From Takakia lepidozioides (taxonomy: Eukaryota; Plantae; Bryophyta), in contig CM060733.1 in assembly GCA_030704615.1 (NCBI GenBank), positions 8,184,001 to 8,248,000 of the forward strand: a stretch of DNA of 64,000 bases, in the 5' to 3' direction. Both the position numbers and the translations under genes were made by a program. Positions 35,100-48,142 of the stretch are shown here, piece after piece. The notes under the pieces were generated by a model that was not told where the DNA came from, ran no database searches, and was given only the letters and a program-made list of their open reading frames with translations. Position 1 is the first letter of the stretch. Every line of letters starts with the position of its first letter.

Positions 35100-38000
35100 C
35101 TTCCTACAAGGTGGAAATATACCTTTTATTCCATATCCAAAAAGATAAAGATACCCACTACTTATACACAATGTCTTTAACTACACTCGACACCCAGTAG
35201 TCCCACTTGGATTTCAATTGGCCGTACCTCAATCAAACTTTAGTTGAACCCTTCACTTCTGAAGACCCCAATCTCCGTGTCATATTGAAGGTTCTTCGGA
35301 CCGGAGCTCATGTACGAATTCTTTTGTGTTCAACTAAAAAAGCTAGTAATCCTAATACTCAAAATCCTTAGGAGTTCAGATCGCGATATTTTCATTGTCC
35401 ATCTCTTTAACCGCTTTAGCGACTTACAAATCTACATTCTATGCACATGAAATTAAGATAAAATATTGTCAAGAGCTTTGTGATTGATCCCCCAAAAATG
35501 CGACTACAGAAAACACATATTCTTGCAATAGTACCTCCACCCCCCACAAAACATTTCCACATAGTTAGCAATTAAGAGCACTCACCACATTATTTCAGAT
35601 ATTTTCGACAAAGAATTGTTTGAGTATATGCTTTCCAAAATCACAACCCTACCAAAACCACAATGCACCCATTTTCCCTTGCAAATACAAGTAGCGCACT
35701 TTTTTTCTCATCCCTCCTTGAAGGGGAAACACCAACACGAGTGGTCACCCTAAAAATGGAGATAATATGGTGAAAAGGATGTGAGTTGTCAATCACAGCT
35801 CCTGACAGAGACCATGGTGTTCACCACTCTCATCCTGAAAATAAACGTTGATCAATTTGTAACATCATTTTGATAGGAAGTTTTAGATTGACATGTACTT
35901 CTTCCTTTTCTGTCTTAAAATCCTTCTTGGAATGTTTAATGAAAAAAGGTAGTACCAAAAAGTACTTTGTACTTTTGTACTTTTTGCTTTTCTGTCTTGA
36001 CATCATTCTTAGAGTTGTGTTCAGTAGCGTCTTTGTTAAGTTTCTTTCCAAATGGCTTGTGTGCCAACAGACATGGACTCTACAAAAGACATCTAGACAT
36101 AATATTCAAAGCTATGTCATCCCTTGATAATAACCCCTCCATGTAACCAGATATAGTACTTGCAGAGTGATATATCTAGAAAAAGCTTTGACAGTACTTG
36201 GGTCATGTAACACAATTCCAAAACCACTTGACAGAGGCCTACTATTGAGAGTAGAAACATCACAACCTAAATTAACTTCAAAAGAAGCCATAGAAAGATT
36301 GCAGAAGACAATCCATAGTGATTAGTTCTTATTCACAAATACAACTATTGTAGAGCTGAAGATGCACATCAGTCTATTCCTTAAATCAAGAATCTGTTGC
36401 AGCTACCTCCACGATGGAACAGAACTCAGACTTGATGTCCACGATCGTGACCTTGCATCCCAAAGTCTTCAAGTTCTTGCATAAGCTAATGAAGGTTGAA
36501 GCTTTGGCATACTTCTTCAACCAACATGAGCCACTTATTTTCATTTTCTCGAATCGCTAGTGTCCAAATCCATGTCTGTTTCTGAAATCCTGATATTCTC
36601 TGAGCTACAGGGATAAACTGAACCCTCCTAATCCTCCATCCTTGAGAGCATCACCTACCCATTCATCCCTCGCTGCTCAATATCATGTCCAGAAGTTCAA
36701 CCTCCCTCTTGATTGCATCTTTCAATTTCGTTTGGCACATGTGGAAAATGGTTGTCTCGAAGTCAATCAAGGAGGCCTAGTCCACTTTGCTCCCAAAACA
36801 ACATATTGCTCGCAGATCATTGTGCATGACTCCATGAGTTCCGCGCTCTGCAAGTGTACAAGTCTGCTAGGTCACTATTTGGCTCACCTATGTGAGATAA
36901 GATGATACAACCCACATGCTCGTCCCATGCTGACCCAACCTCCACCACCTTTGGACCAACACTCTCTTGCGGGTTCTGTACCCCATGGATGTCGAGTGTT
37001 CTTATGTGGCCTCAATCATATCTATACCAGTCACATTTGCTTTGACCAATTGCTTATGATACACTGCGGATTTGAACAATAATCATATTATCCGCTAGCG
37101 TCTTGATGTCCCATCTCGTAACTTCAGCTTTGGATATTGGAGTACTACAGTAGCTGTCACCATGCATCGTACTATCAGATTTTCAAGTATATGATTTTTA
37201 ATGTCAATGAAGAGTAGTAATTTTGGAGGAATGTTTTTGACGACCAAAGATATAGTTCGATATCCAAATGGATATTTGTAGGATTGGGTGTCTCAGATTT
37301 TATGTAACATGGCAGTTTCTGCAGTCACCTCCCTCCATGGTTTTACCCATATTTGTCCAACAACTCAATATTTCATCTAAATTTATATGGTATAGGGTTT
37401 CTAACTACAATAAGTATGTGTACCAATTGTTAGATTGCATGTATCAGAGAGCCATGGACTTTTAAAGTTGATTACTGTGGAGTGCAAATGTTACACATAA
37501 AATCTTATGGACTGAAAAAACATCATGTACACCACAAAGGAAAACACACTAGGGATGTCATTTTTAAATCCAACCCAACTACACTTTTATATGGACTAGT
37601 TATCTTAGGAATTGAGAACTATGGACTATTTTGCACATAAAAACATGTTGATTTGCTCTAGTCCATAGCATCTTATGTTTTGGGTTCTTGAGGTGTCGTC
37701 TTTTACTAAAAATGCATACAAACCTATAATCTAGAGGTGTCAGGTGGTATATGGACAAGTGGTTGTAAACTCTAGATTTTGACGTCTAAATATTTTTTCA
37801 AATTAAAGATTAAAATATCTAGTAAAAAATGTTTTCAATATTTGAGGATGGACTCTTTACTAAAACTGTTAGGTATACTACTATCTATCTTTCAAAAATA
37901 AACTGAAAGCAATAAACTCAACCAAAAAAATAAAAAATAAAAAAATCCATGGACTTCCAGTGGACTCAACATGTGCTGCTTTTGATCCACCCAATCCTGC

Positions 38001-40481
38001 AATTGCCCAAATCTTACTCATACTTCCACTCAATGATAAAATCCCATGGTCAGCGGTATTTGGTTTTTGTGAAATCAATATACTCATCAAATCCACTTAC
38101 AGATTCATAGAAGAACCTGAACTTGTCCCAATCAAGTTCTATTTCTCCTCCACTTTTCAATAGGCACAATCCACTCTTCTTCAAATACATACTCATTGAA
38201 ACCCCTTTACACACAGTTTTACGATCATTGTACATACCAAAATCTTTCTCATACAATATGGTTATGGCTTCCATGTCAATCCAAGAAGAGAAACGGTAGT
38301 TGAAACTGTCATGATCATGATTCCTTGGATAAACAAAGAGAGTGAGATAATAGTAGTCTTTCATTGACGCAACCTATGTGCGATTATGGATTATGAGGCA
38401 AACAATATGGATTATGTTTGTTTGTTTGTTCATCATGTTGATTGTTGGCATTTTATGGTTTACAATTAACATCTTTAGAAGTACTTCACTGTCTAAGCTA
38501 TGTTTGTGGATCTTTCGGGTTGGTTTTTCCCCTTTCCCTTTGTTGCTCTTTATCATATACCTCTCTTTTTTTGTTCATGAATAACATGTATTAGCCATTT
38601 CTATAGCTATTGGAGATAATGCAGCAATTGAAAGTATTAGTTATGGTGGTTTGTTTAACATAAATTGCCTGTTTTAGTCTAAATTTGATTACTGTAACAA
38701 CCAGGTTTCTTGTCACCATTCGAATGGCAAGCTTGACTGTCATGATATTGGATTTAAGGACACATTGTGGAGAGGCCTTGATCATGCGCCATTGGGGTGT
38801 TAACTTCTCTTGGATGTTCCATCTTTGTTTTTTGCACTTATTATTTTTTGAGAACTAGATAGGAGAGCATGCGACAATCAATACACACATATCATCAATA
38901 GGGTAGATGCAAGATTCAGACATGCATAGAGAATAGACAGACAATCAATTATATTCATGTAATATTAGCTAACAGTGCTGCTAGCTAGCAACCTTGTTAG
39001 CTATCCGCTAATTAACTACAAGTGCAACCCAAATGGAGAGATTGGGTAGCATGTGTGACCGTGCTCATGTGAGCATAATGCAATGTTCTATATATTTTGG
39101 CATAGAATAGATTATAGCGAATCAAAACTATGTCCTTATAAGAAAATTATCAACAAAGGCGAAGCCATCTAGTACTACTACAATGTCTTCGCCTGAGATA
39201 ACTATCTGAAAAAAAAACTTCAAAAACGTTTTTGTAAGTAAAATCATTTGTTTTTTTTTTTTATTAAGTTATTTTTATCCATAAAGTAAAATTGAATCAT
39301 TCCTTCTCTGCCAAAACCATGTTGTTCATGATGTATCATTTAAATACAAAATATTTACCTTATTTGGTGGCACTACGTAATTGATCCCATTGATGCAACA
39401 ATAACCTTATATTTGCCTATGACTCATATTTCCATTTGTAGATATATTATCCCTATCACCATGGATTGTGCTTATGCGGATGTTTTTTATTTGCAATCCG
39501 CGCTTGTGCTCACGCAATACACATCCCTAAAATGGTAATCATTTTGAGGGTTTAAAGGTGGCTTTCCCTCTACACCAACTCACGTTGAATCCACCAAATA
39601 AGGGCATCTTTCCAATGTGACCCCGTAAAATATGCTTTGTCATGTGACCCTGAGAAACCATTTTGGGTGAGGGGGTTTGTAGCCATTGCAAAAGGTGGAC
39701 TCCTCCGCTCCACTAATAGTTCTATACCTCAATTATGATGTCATTTTATGGGACAATAAATGACTAATACAAGGATATATTTCAAACCTTAAAACCGGGC
39801 ATAAGAGGGAACGGTAGCCGCTATTCACAACGGGTTGCACCTGTTGCAAGCGTTGGTGGCCTTGACCTTTGAAGTGACCCGATCTTTGGGCGCCTACATC
39901 ATCCACTCTTGAGGAGGTCACATGAAAAGAGGCCCTTTGTGGGTGAGGAGGTTCCATCAAACACCACATTCACCCATTATCATCAACCCCTCTCCAGTTG
40001 ATGGACACACACCAACTTAAATTTGGTCGAATTTTATGTGGCAATCCCTCATTTGTCATGAACATGTAGTGGGTGAAGACAATGATATCTAGGTGGTGAT
40101 CCCACTATTTCATTGTTGCCATCCTGAATTTGAAGGAGTATATTGGAAAGGCTCCCTAACGGTACATCGACCCTAGTCACCCATTTGAGTGCGCGTCCAC
40201 ATAGTATGAAAGAAAAAATTAAATTAAATAAAAATAGTGGTGTGATGATCAGGATAGTTTACTATAAGGGGCTACATTCTTGTATGTTGTTTGTTGCATT
40301 TTTGTGTGAATCTACCACCGCGACAATATATAAAGAGGATAAGGGCTACATTTTTATAGGGTTTCTTTGGCCTCCACTCACTTTGGTGGGCTCTACAAGA
40401 AAGGCCCCTCTTAAAAAATGTAAAATTGGAACCTAAACTATTCTCAAATGAATAGAAATGTCAAAGAAATGAATAGAAATG

Positions 40482-42290
40482 ACAAATGCCTCCTCCAAAG
40501 AAGGGTGAAGATATACTCGTCACGCACGTACAAAGGATTCCATGTAACCCTCGGGCAGTTGCGGGCTTGCTATCGCCTTCTCTTCCCTTTTACTTTGCTC
40601 TTTTGTTGCACGTTGGTACGTATCATCTGGGGCGATGGCATGAGATGAGAAATTCTATTCGAGATCAGCTAGAGTAAAGTTCAATCTTGTAGATGGAGCT
40701 ATGACAGTTCAACACTGAGATTGTGATGTGACATACAAGTGTTTTGGTCCATGGGATCAATTGTTGCAAGTGTGCTATTGTAATTGTTGCTCTTTTTAGT
40801 GGCCCACTCTTCTCTCCATTCCTCCCATAATGCACATGAGCCCTATGCAAAATGGAGAGCATCTCTCTTTTGTTAATATTTTCTCTCTTTTCGAGAAGGA
40901 GAAACACTCTCGAACAAACTCCATAAATGGACATATGATTATTCAACCTGTTGGAATTAGTAGGCATCTTGGCTAGGGTATGATATTGAAGGTTTAGTTG
41001 ATCCCAAGTTGCGCTAGATGCATATCTCAACTCTTAAGGTATTTCATTTTCTCTTTTGTGGGCATGGGAAAATAGACAGTTTTCTGCGATGCATGAGCAA
41101 CATTCCATGGACGCAATGCAATCAGAGGCCAACCAACTCAAAGGCGACTGCTCATTCATAATGGAGGGGTCATGAGGAGCTTTTTGGAACATTTCCTTCC
41201 TAAGAAATTCATTATATTCCCAGCTAAAAGCATACATATCAATAAGAGGGAGGGCACCGTACCATAGATGTTAAATTTTTTCACATTCCCTCACTCTTCA
41301 GATGGAATGAAGGAAGTTTACATTTGATATCCTTAGACAAATTATAGAGGATAAACTCCAATATTTTCTACCTTTTCTTTGGGGTGAATTGCTTATTCTA
41401 CACCTAGCAGTGGATACATGAATTGCATTTTTTATGTTTCTTCAAGGCATACTACCATTTTATCACATGTATGAAAAATGGAAATAACGGTCCTATTGCA
41501 CATCACCAAAAGCGACGAGCATTTGTTTTCAACAATTTTTTTTATAAAATAGTCCATTTTCCACCTTGAAAGAGGTTATGAATTGAATTTATACATCAAA
41601 CTGCGTCAACGTCTCTTCTTACATGGTGAAATGTACCTTTTATTCCATATCCAAAGAGGTAAAGCTACCACTATTTTACAACATACATGATGTATTCAAC
41701 TACATTCCACACCCAATAGTCCCACTTGGAATTCAATTGGCCGTACCTCAACCAAATTTTAGTTGAACCCTTCACTTCTGAAGACCCCAATCGCTGCGTC
41801 ATATTGTTCTTCGGACCGGAGCCCATATACGAGTTCCTTTGTGGACATGAGATAGATTAATGTGGGATGAGAATCTGATGTGGTAAAAATGTCCCTCTAA
41901 AAAAAGCTAGCATCAAAATCCTTAGAAGTTCATATCGCGATATTTTCATTGTCCATCTCTTTAACCGCTTTAGCGAGCAAATCTACATTCTATGCACATG
42001 AAATTAAGATAAAGTATTGTCAAGAGCTTTGTAACTGATCCCCTAAAAAAACGACTACAGAAAATGCGTCTGCCCGCAATAGTACCTCCACCCCCACAAA
42101 ACATTGCCACGTAGTTAGCAATTAAGAGCACACACCACATTATTTCAGATATTTTCGACAAAGAATTGTTTGAGTATATACCTTCAAAACATCACAACCC
42201 CACCAATACCACAAATGCACCCATTTGCCCTTGCAAATACAAGCGTATTTTTTTTCTCATCCCTCCTTAAAGGGGAAACAGGAACAAGTG
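40482..42290. repeat. Local duplication, copy B (left part; interrupted by the MULE)
   Basis: Aligns to 33292-35741 without the SINE and MITE, and resumes at 61734. Confidence 0.9.
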
Positions 42291-42873
42291 GCCTCTCATT
42301 TTAAGATAATAGGGTCTTCAATGGGCACGTGCGATGTGGCCGGTGGGCCCCGCGCACGGACGCCCGGCTCCCCAGCACCCGCCCGCCCCGCCCGCCCCGC
42401 CCGCCGCTGCGCGCGGTCGCCCAACCGCGGGCGCGCCTGCAGCAACCGCGCCCGCGCCCCCGTCCGCCGCGCGGCCAGTCCCCCGCCCATGAGTCCGCTA
42501 CCCTCCAGTCTGCCAGTCCGATGCTGGCCAGTCGGCTGCCCAGCAGTCTGCCAGTCTGCCAGTCTGCCCGCCAGTCCAGTGCTGGCCAGTCCGCTGCCCA
42601 GCAGAGTGCCAGTCCGCCAGTCTGCCCGCCAGTCTGCTGGCCAGTCCCCTGCCATCCAGTCCGCTGACGGCGCAGGATCGCCACCGTCCATTCCCATAAC
42701 CCATCCGAGCCCTCCATTTTTAGGGCTGCAATTCAAACCTGCATCCCTGCCGCCTGCCACTTGCCAGCAGCCGCGAACGTGCGCACTATTCTCCTGGCAC
42801 GTTGTCGATCGTGTCTTGTACTATGGCGCGTTTCTTGCATGTTCAGAAGCGTGTCCTTTGTACTGTATAGGGC

Positions 42874-45800
42874 ATGGACGTGGAAGAAAAACCCGATGAT
42901 ATACTGATCACGGAAAGCCCGCTCATACGGCCTCTTCGACAATGTTTGCAAACAACAAAACCAGGACCCTTCAACAGGAAAGATCCCCATTGGAAGAGTG
43001 AGACGCAATATGGGTTTATGGGTGTGCGAGTGAATGTCTAAAAGGCCTGCATACCTTGGGATAGAGTTGGTGACTTCGTCCTGGAAGAGGAGAGTTTGGA
43101 GGACTACCCCACTCAGTTTGGGGTGAATGTCCATTCTAAAGTGGAACCCGGCTTGCGAAAAGCACCCAGAGCCAACACATTTCTGTCCAGTATTATGTGT
43201 GCACCATCCTCAGTCCTGTTGACGTTTTATTGCATGTCTGTTGCCATTTTTTGTTTCACGAGTTCTCTGATTTTATGCTTCCTCAAGTCGTTGGATATCG
43301 ATTTTAGAATTTTCTGTCCAGGTATCAATGCTGCTACGGTCATGATGACAAGCGCACCAACAAGGCAATAGTGGAGGATCCAAAACAGAAGCGTGGAGGA
43401 CCTCTTGTGGGTGCTGGAACATCTTGCCCTCATAAAGGCCCAAGGAGAAAGAAGTCGGAGTATGGAGAGTCTTACAAACGTGGTTGCCAATGCTGTTTCA
43501 AGTTCCAGCAATGCTATCTCGCCCCTGACATCTGTGTCCTCACGTACTACAACAACATGAAGCATACAGATGAGCAAGGGAAACCCTCGCATGGGAAGTC
43601 CGCAGAGTTCAAGAACACCCGCCACGCCTATGCACCATACATTAGCGAGGAATTGAAAGCCTGGGTCGTCGAGTGTTTGTGCCGAGGCCTGTTGGTCGTC
43701 CAAATCATGATGGAGCATAAAGAGCACGTGATGAACAACACCGGCTTGGGCGATGCATGGACCCGCAATGATTTCTTGTTGGAGCAAGATGTTCTCAACC
43801 TTGCCGAGAAACGTGCGTGGCAAACCTTCAAAAAGCACGCCGATGATGCAGAGAGTGTGCGCATGTGGAGAGACCAGAATCCTGCGTCCGTTTTTTCTAT
43901 CAAGAGGAGAAATTAGAGCCAACATTCGAGCATTTTGATGGAGATTTGACATTCACTATTGGCATACAGACTCCGTGGCATAAACGACGAATGCTGGAAC
44001 TAGGACATGACTGTATCGTTGCATGATGCAACCTTTGGGACAAATCATGACAAGGTACTATTCGAACGATTCCATGGACTTGTACGAGCATGATAACATA
44101 GTACCATGCAACATTCACATAATATTTGGTGTGCTGACCCTTTCTATATGTTTTCATGTGTACGTTGCGGAAGACCGAGAGGCAGACCCATTGTGAACCG
44201 CTACAGACCTCATCACTTTTATGAAGTCTTCTCGTGCAGAACTGAGCGGAATTTGAATGCTCTGACCATCTTACATTGTGCATTCCAACAGTTCCCATTG
44301 TACATGTTGATGGTCTTCGACGAGTGGTTGAACGGTATACCAGTTGTCTATATCCTATCCGCGAGGAATCGGACAAGAGACCTGGTTCCGTGGATGAGAG
44401 CCTTGCGCGATTCACTCCTCGCAGATTTGCCGAGCTGGTGACCCAATGCCTTCATTGTGGACGATGTGGTCCACAACACCGGTCCATTGTCGAGGTCCAC
44501 TGCAGCAGTCCATTGCTACAGTCCACTGACAGACTCCTGTGGCGAAACCCGATGGCAGTTCGCTGGGCAAATCCACTGGTAGTCCGCTGTCAAGTCCGGT
44601 CATCAGTCCCTTGACAAGTCCGCTGGCAGTCCCCGGCAAGTCCGCTCGGCAGTCCGCTGCCAAGTCCACTCAGCAGTCCCTGGGGTCGGCCGTCCACTGC
44701 CAAGTCCACTCGGCAGTCCCTGGCAAGTCCGCTGTGGCAGTCCGCTGTGGCAGTCCAATGGGGCAGTCCGCTGCCCCAGTCCTAGCTAGGGGAAGTCCAA
44801 TGGGGTTATTCCAGCACATCAACGTCATGGCATTGTACTGTCCACTAGGTGAGTCCAGTGGCTCTGCCCGCTGATACAGGTCGCTGTTACAGTCCACTCC
44901 GGCAGTCCACCATTGCAGTCCGATCCCAAGACTCTAATGTGTACCATGTGTGTTGTGCAGAATTGTTTTTGAAGGAGTACTCATTTTCCTCTGCCTTTGG
45001 CATGTCCGCAAGGCATGGGTGAAGCAATCATGCAAGAAAACGAAGGATCCGGTGACCGCTGTAAACTTGTTGAAGGATATGGGAGACCTCATGTACTGTA
45101 GAGGGGGACCACGCAACGAGAAAAGAGCGCTTCGGTGGGTTGCAAGGAGAATCCGTCGTATGAGGTCAAAATACCCGAAATGACATGAATTTCTTGACTA
45201 TATCGAACAGTACTGGAAGCCCAAAATAGCAATGTGGTGTACAGCAGCCCGCCATGTCCCTCATGCAAGCCAAGACACAAACGCAAGCATTGAGGCATAC
45301 CATGGAAATTGAAGGCAAGACTTGCCATGGGGAAAGGCAAGATGAGTGGTCGTAGAGTGGACTGGCTTATATGGGAATTCACTGGCCGTGTGCTAACACA
45401 CTACTGGTACGCAATCCATTTGAAGACCCACGGGTTCATAAGAAATGACAAACACGAAAAGTACATATCCAGTTCTATACTTGCGGCACGAGACATTCCT
45501 GCTGAGAGTGTTACTCTTCCCTTGGGTCCTGGTGAACCAGCCTACGTTCTCAGCAACAACTATCCTGGCACAACATACATTGTTTACAATCCTGATTGCG
45601 ATTGGGGTTGTTGCACGTGCCCATGGGCAATGAAGGGAAACTTATGCAAGCATCAGGTCCGTGTCCTGAAGATGTTTCACCCTGACCTGCAGGATGGCCT
45701 CCTTGTGCGCGCTTGTGGCACGGCGCTGGGAACCATTCATGGAGGATTACCTAACTTGCTCTTGGGCAATGGTGCCGGCGGCAATGACAAATCCAATCAG

Positions 45801-46214
45801 TTCATGGAAAGACATCCTCCGGACGACTTCCCCTACGACGAGGCACCTCTGGAGGTCTCAGCCTCATTGGAACAAGAATTCGCGGACATACTTCGCATTG
45901 TAGGTGATGACAAATACCTGGAGGCACATGCCCGATCTGCTCTTCATATGTGCAGAGGGCAGCTCGTTGATATCCTGGCAAAAAGTGCGGCTGGAATGTT
46001 GCACCCTGCGGCAGCGAAGGCTTTCCGTCCTCTGAACGACAACAACAACATGTCTCTGAAAAGGAGACGAGATTTCGTGGAGGCCTGGAAAACCCGGCCT
46101 AGGGTTTTGTGGAGAACCAGCAAGAGGGTGTCTGCACCTGCACCTGCAGCACATATATACTCGAAAATTCGCAAGTTTTCAGGTCGTGTAGATGTCACGA
46201 AGAAGACAATATAA
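42874..46214 (+). pseudogene. MULE-type DDE transposase with SWIM zinc finger (multi-exon, disrupted)
   Basis: IPWDRVGDFV, KRGCQCCF, APYISEEL, GIQTPW, DATFGTN, VFDEWLNGIPV, FIVDD, LCLWHVRKAW, TNASIEAYH and SWIM CTCPWAMKGNLCKH. Several stops and frameshifts. Confidence 0.88.
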
Positions 46215-46357
46215 GTCTGCAATGCCTCGAAAAGAGACAAGGTTTCACGTCGTGTAGGTGTCACGGAGAAGACAATATAAGTCTGCAATTCCTCAAAAAG
46301 AGACAAGGTTTCATGTCGTGTAGGTGTCACGAAGAAGACAATATAAGTCTGCAATTC
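46183..46357. repeat. 66-bp tandem repeat, ~2.7 copies
   Basis: GTCGTGTAG starts at 46183, 46249 and 46315, between the convergent MULE genes. Confidence 0.9.
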
Positions 46358-46902
46358 TTCTGGTAGCATTGTCCCTTTCTGAAATACAAGTCCGCAATGG
46401 ACTAATGCACAGTCTCCCAATGGACTCCTCCAGTCTCCCAACTGACTCCCACACAGTCTCCCAAGCATAGTCTCCCAACGGACTCACGCACAGTCTCCCA
46501 ACAGAGTCACAGTCAACAGATTGCGAGCGCCAGTAAGCTAGTCTGCTGGTCAGTCTGCTGCCCACTCCAAAAGTCTACTCACCACACTTCCACCTCATCC
46601 CTGCAATTTATGCCAATCCAGCGTCCCAGCGGACTCATGGACATGGTGCCTCCCAGACTAGGTACCAGACCCAGCAGTCCTAGCCTCGGCAGCGTACTGC
46701 TCGCACATTCAAGCTCAGCAGACTCGGGTGCACAGTGCATGGAAAAATTGACACCATTGTGTCCATTGAGTTTAGTGACAACATTACAAAACATGCCAGC
46801 ACCCACAGTACACAAAAGTGTTCATCACCACTGGAATAGTAAGCGAAAAGACTTGCATTTTTTATTTCGGTACATAGACTTCACAGGACAAGTACATCAT
46901 AC

Positions 46903-47958
46903 TCATGAGAGCAGTTTCTCTACATTGTCCAACCCCCGCACGATATACTGGGCACACTGCATTCGCTGCCCAAGTGCAAACTTGAAAGTAAACCAGTCCT
47001 TCGTGAAAGGTGTTCCTCTCTCTGGCTTTGCAGTCTTGGAGACATTTGCTCTGACTTTTACCCACTCATAAAACACTTGAATGAATGACATGACGTAAAA
47101 GCCACACTCCCAGCTGAATGGTTGCTGGGGCACATCAGGCGCGTGGAACTGAAATGCTTGGACAATCTCATGCCACTCTGGTGAGTCCATCGAGTACCCT
47201 AAGCACTCAGCATGAAGCTTCCAAATCCACCCTAGAACAAAGGGACATTTATGCGAGTCCCTGATAGAGTTCAGGTGAGTGTAACAGCCCTTGCGGAGGT
47301 CGATGATACAAACACTCCAGTGCCCCCTGCAATGGTATCAAACAACATGGCGTCATTGCACAATCATGATGGGCAGACTCAGCAGACTGACACTCAGCAG
47401 ACCGACCACTCAGCAGACTCAAGCTTCAAACCCAGTCCACTGCACAAATACAGAGGTCAACTTAATCGCTCAGAGTCAAGACGACACTGCGAAACCAGAC
47501 TATGACTCAGGAGACAGTCTCAGCAGACTCGGAAGAGTTCTTACTCGTCCCCAATTGGCACCAAAATGAAATCGCACTCTTTCAAGTCCTTGCCCAGTCG
47601 TTCAGTGCTGAGGCAACCTTTCAAGACCTCCAGAAGGCTTTCATGTTGCCCCACCCCCATGTGACTTCAACACCGTCCACGTCGACGTTGGAAGAACAGC
47701 AATAGTGTTGGTGAACGCAGCCTCAACCGACTTCTCATAGAATCGACACCACAGCTCCAGGAGTCTATCTGTGCACTCCGACTCAACCTTCTGGAGCGCC
47801 TTTATGTCATCCGGCGACAGTCCGCATTCAAACCGTGGGTCCCCTTCAAAAAACATCAGCATGGAATTACCCGCCTTCACGTGCAAAGCATGTGCTTTGC
47901 CAAACTGAGCACCCATCATGCACAGAGCAGACCATTCTTCGGGAAGCCTCATGTACTG
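46903..47958 (-). pseudogene. Ulp1-like (peptidase C48) domain of a MULE accessory gene
   Basis: Exons give DFILVPIG / GHWSVCIIDL..HLNSI..VPQQPFSWECGFYVMSFI, i.e. His, Asn (in place of Asp), Gln and Cys of the C48 site. Frameshifts at G-runs. Confidence 0.8.
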
Positions 47959-48142
47959 AACAGACTGACGTCAACATGGTACCAAACACTCTATAGGCTG
48001 AACAATTCATCAGACTGACAAGACTAACCACAACAGACAATGATGAAACCAGCAGCAGACTGACCAGCGTGCAGACTGACCACAACAGAGCGCAAAGCAC
48101 TTAACGACAAAGACAGACGAGGAGACTGAGCACAGTACTCAC

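Larger units (their letters stand above)
33292..35961. repeat. Local duplication, copy A (copy B = 40482-42290 plus 61734-61929)
   Basis: Colinear similarity from ACAAATGCCTCCTCCAAAGAAGGG to GGTAGTACCAAAAA. Each copy carries different insertions. Confidence 0.9.

Noticed and set aside
36000-40400. Short ORFs (e.g. 38050-38364) as genes
   Set aside because: No recognisable motifs and many stops; probably old TE debris that I cannot classify.
42225-42899. Pro/Arg/Ala-rich ORFs on both strands
   Set aside because: Artefacts of the GC-rich TIR and CAGTC repeats.
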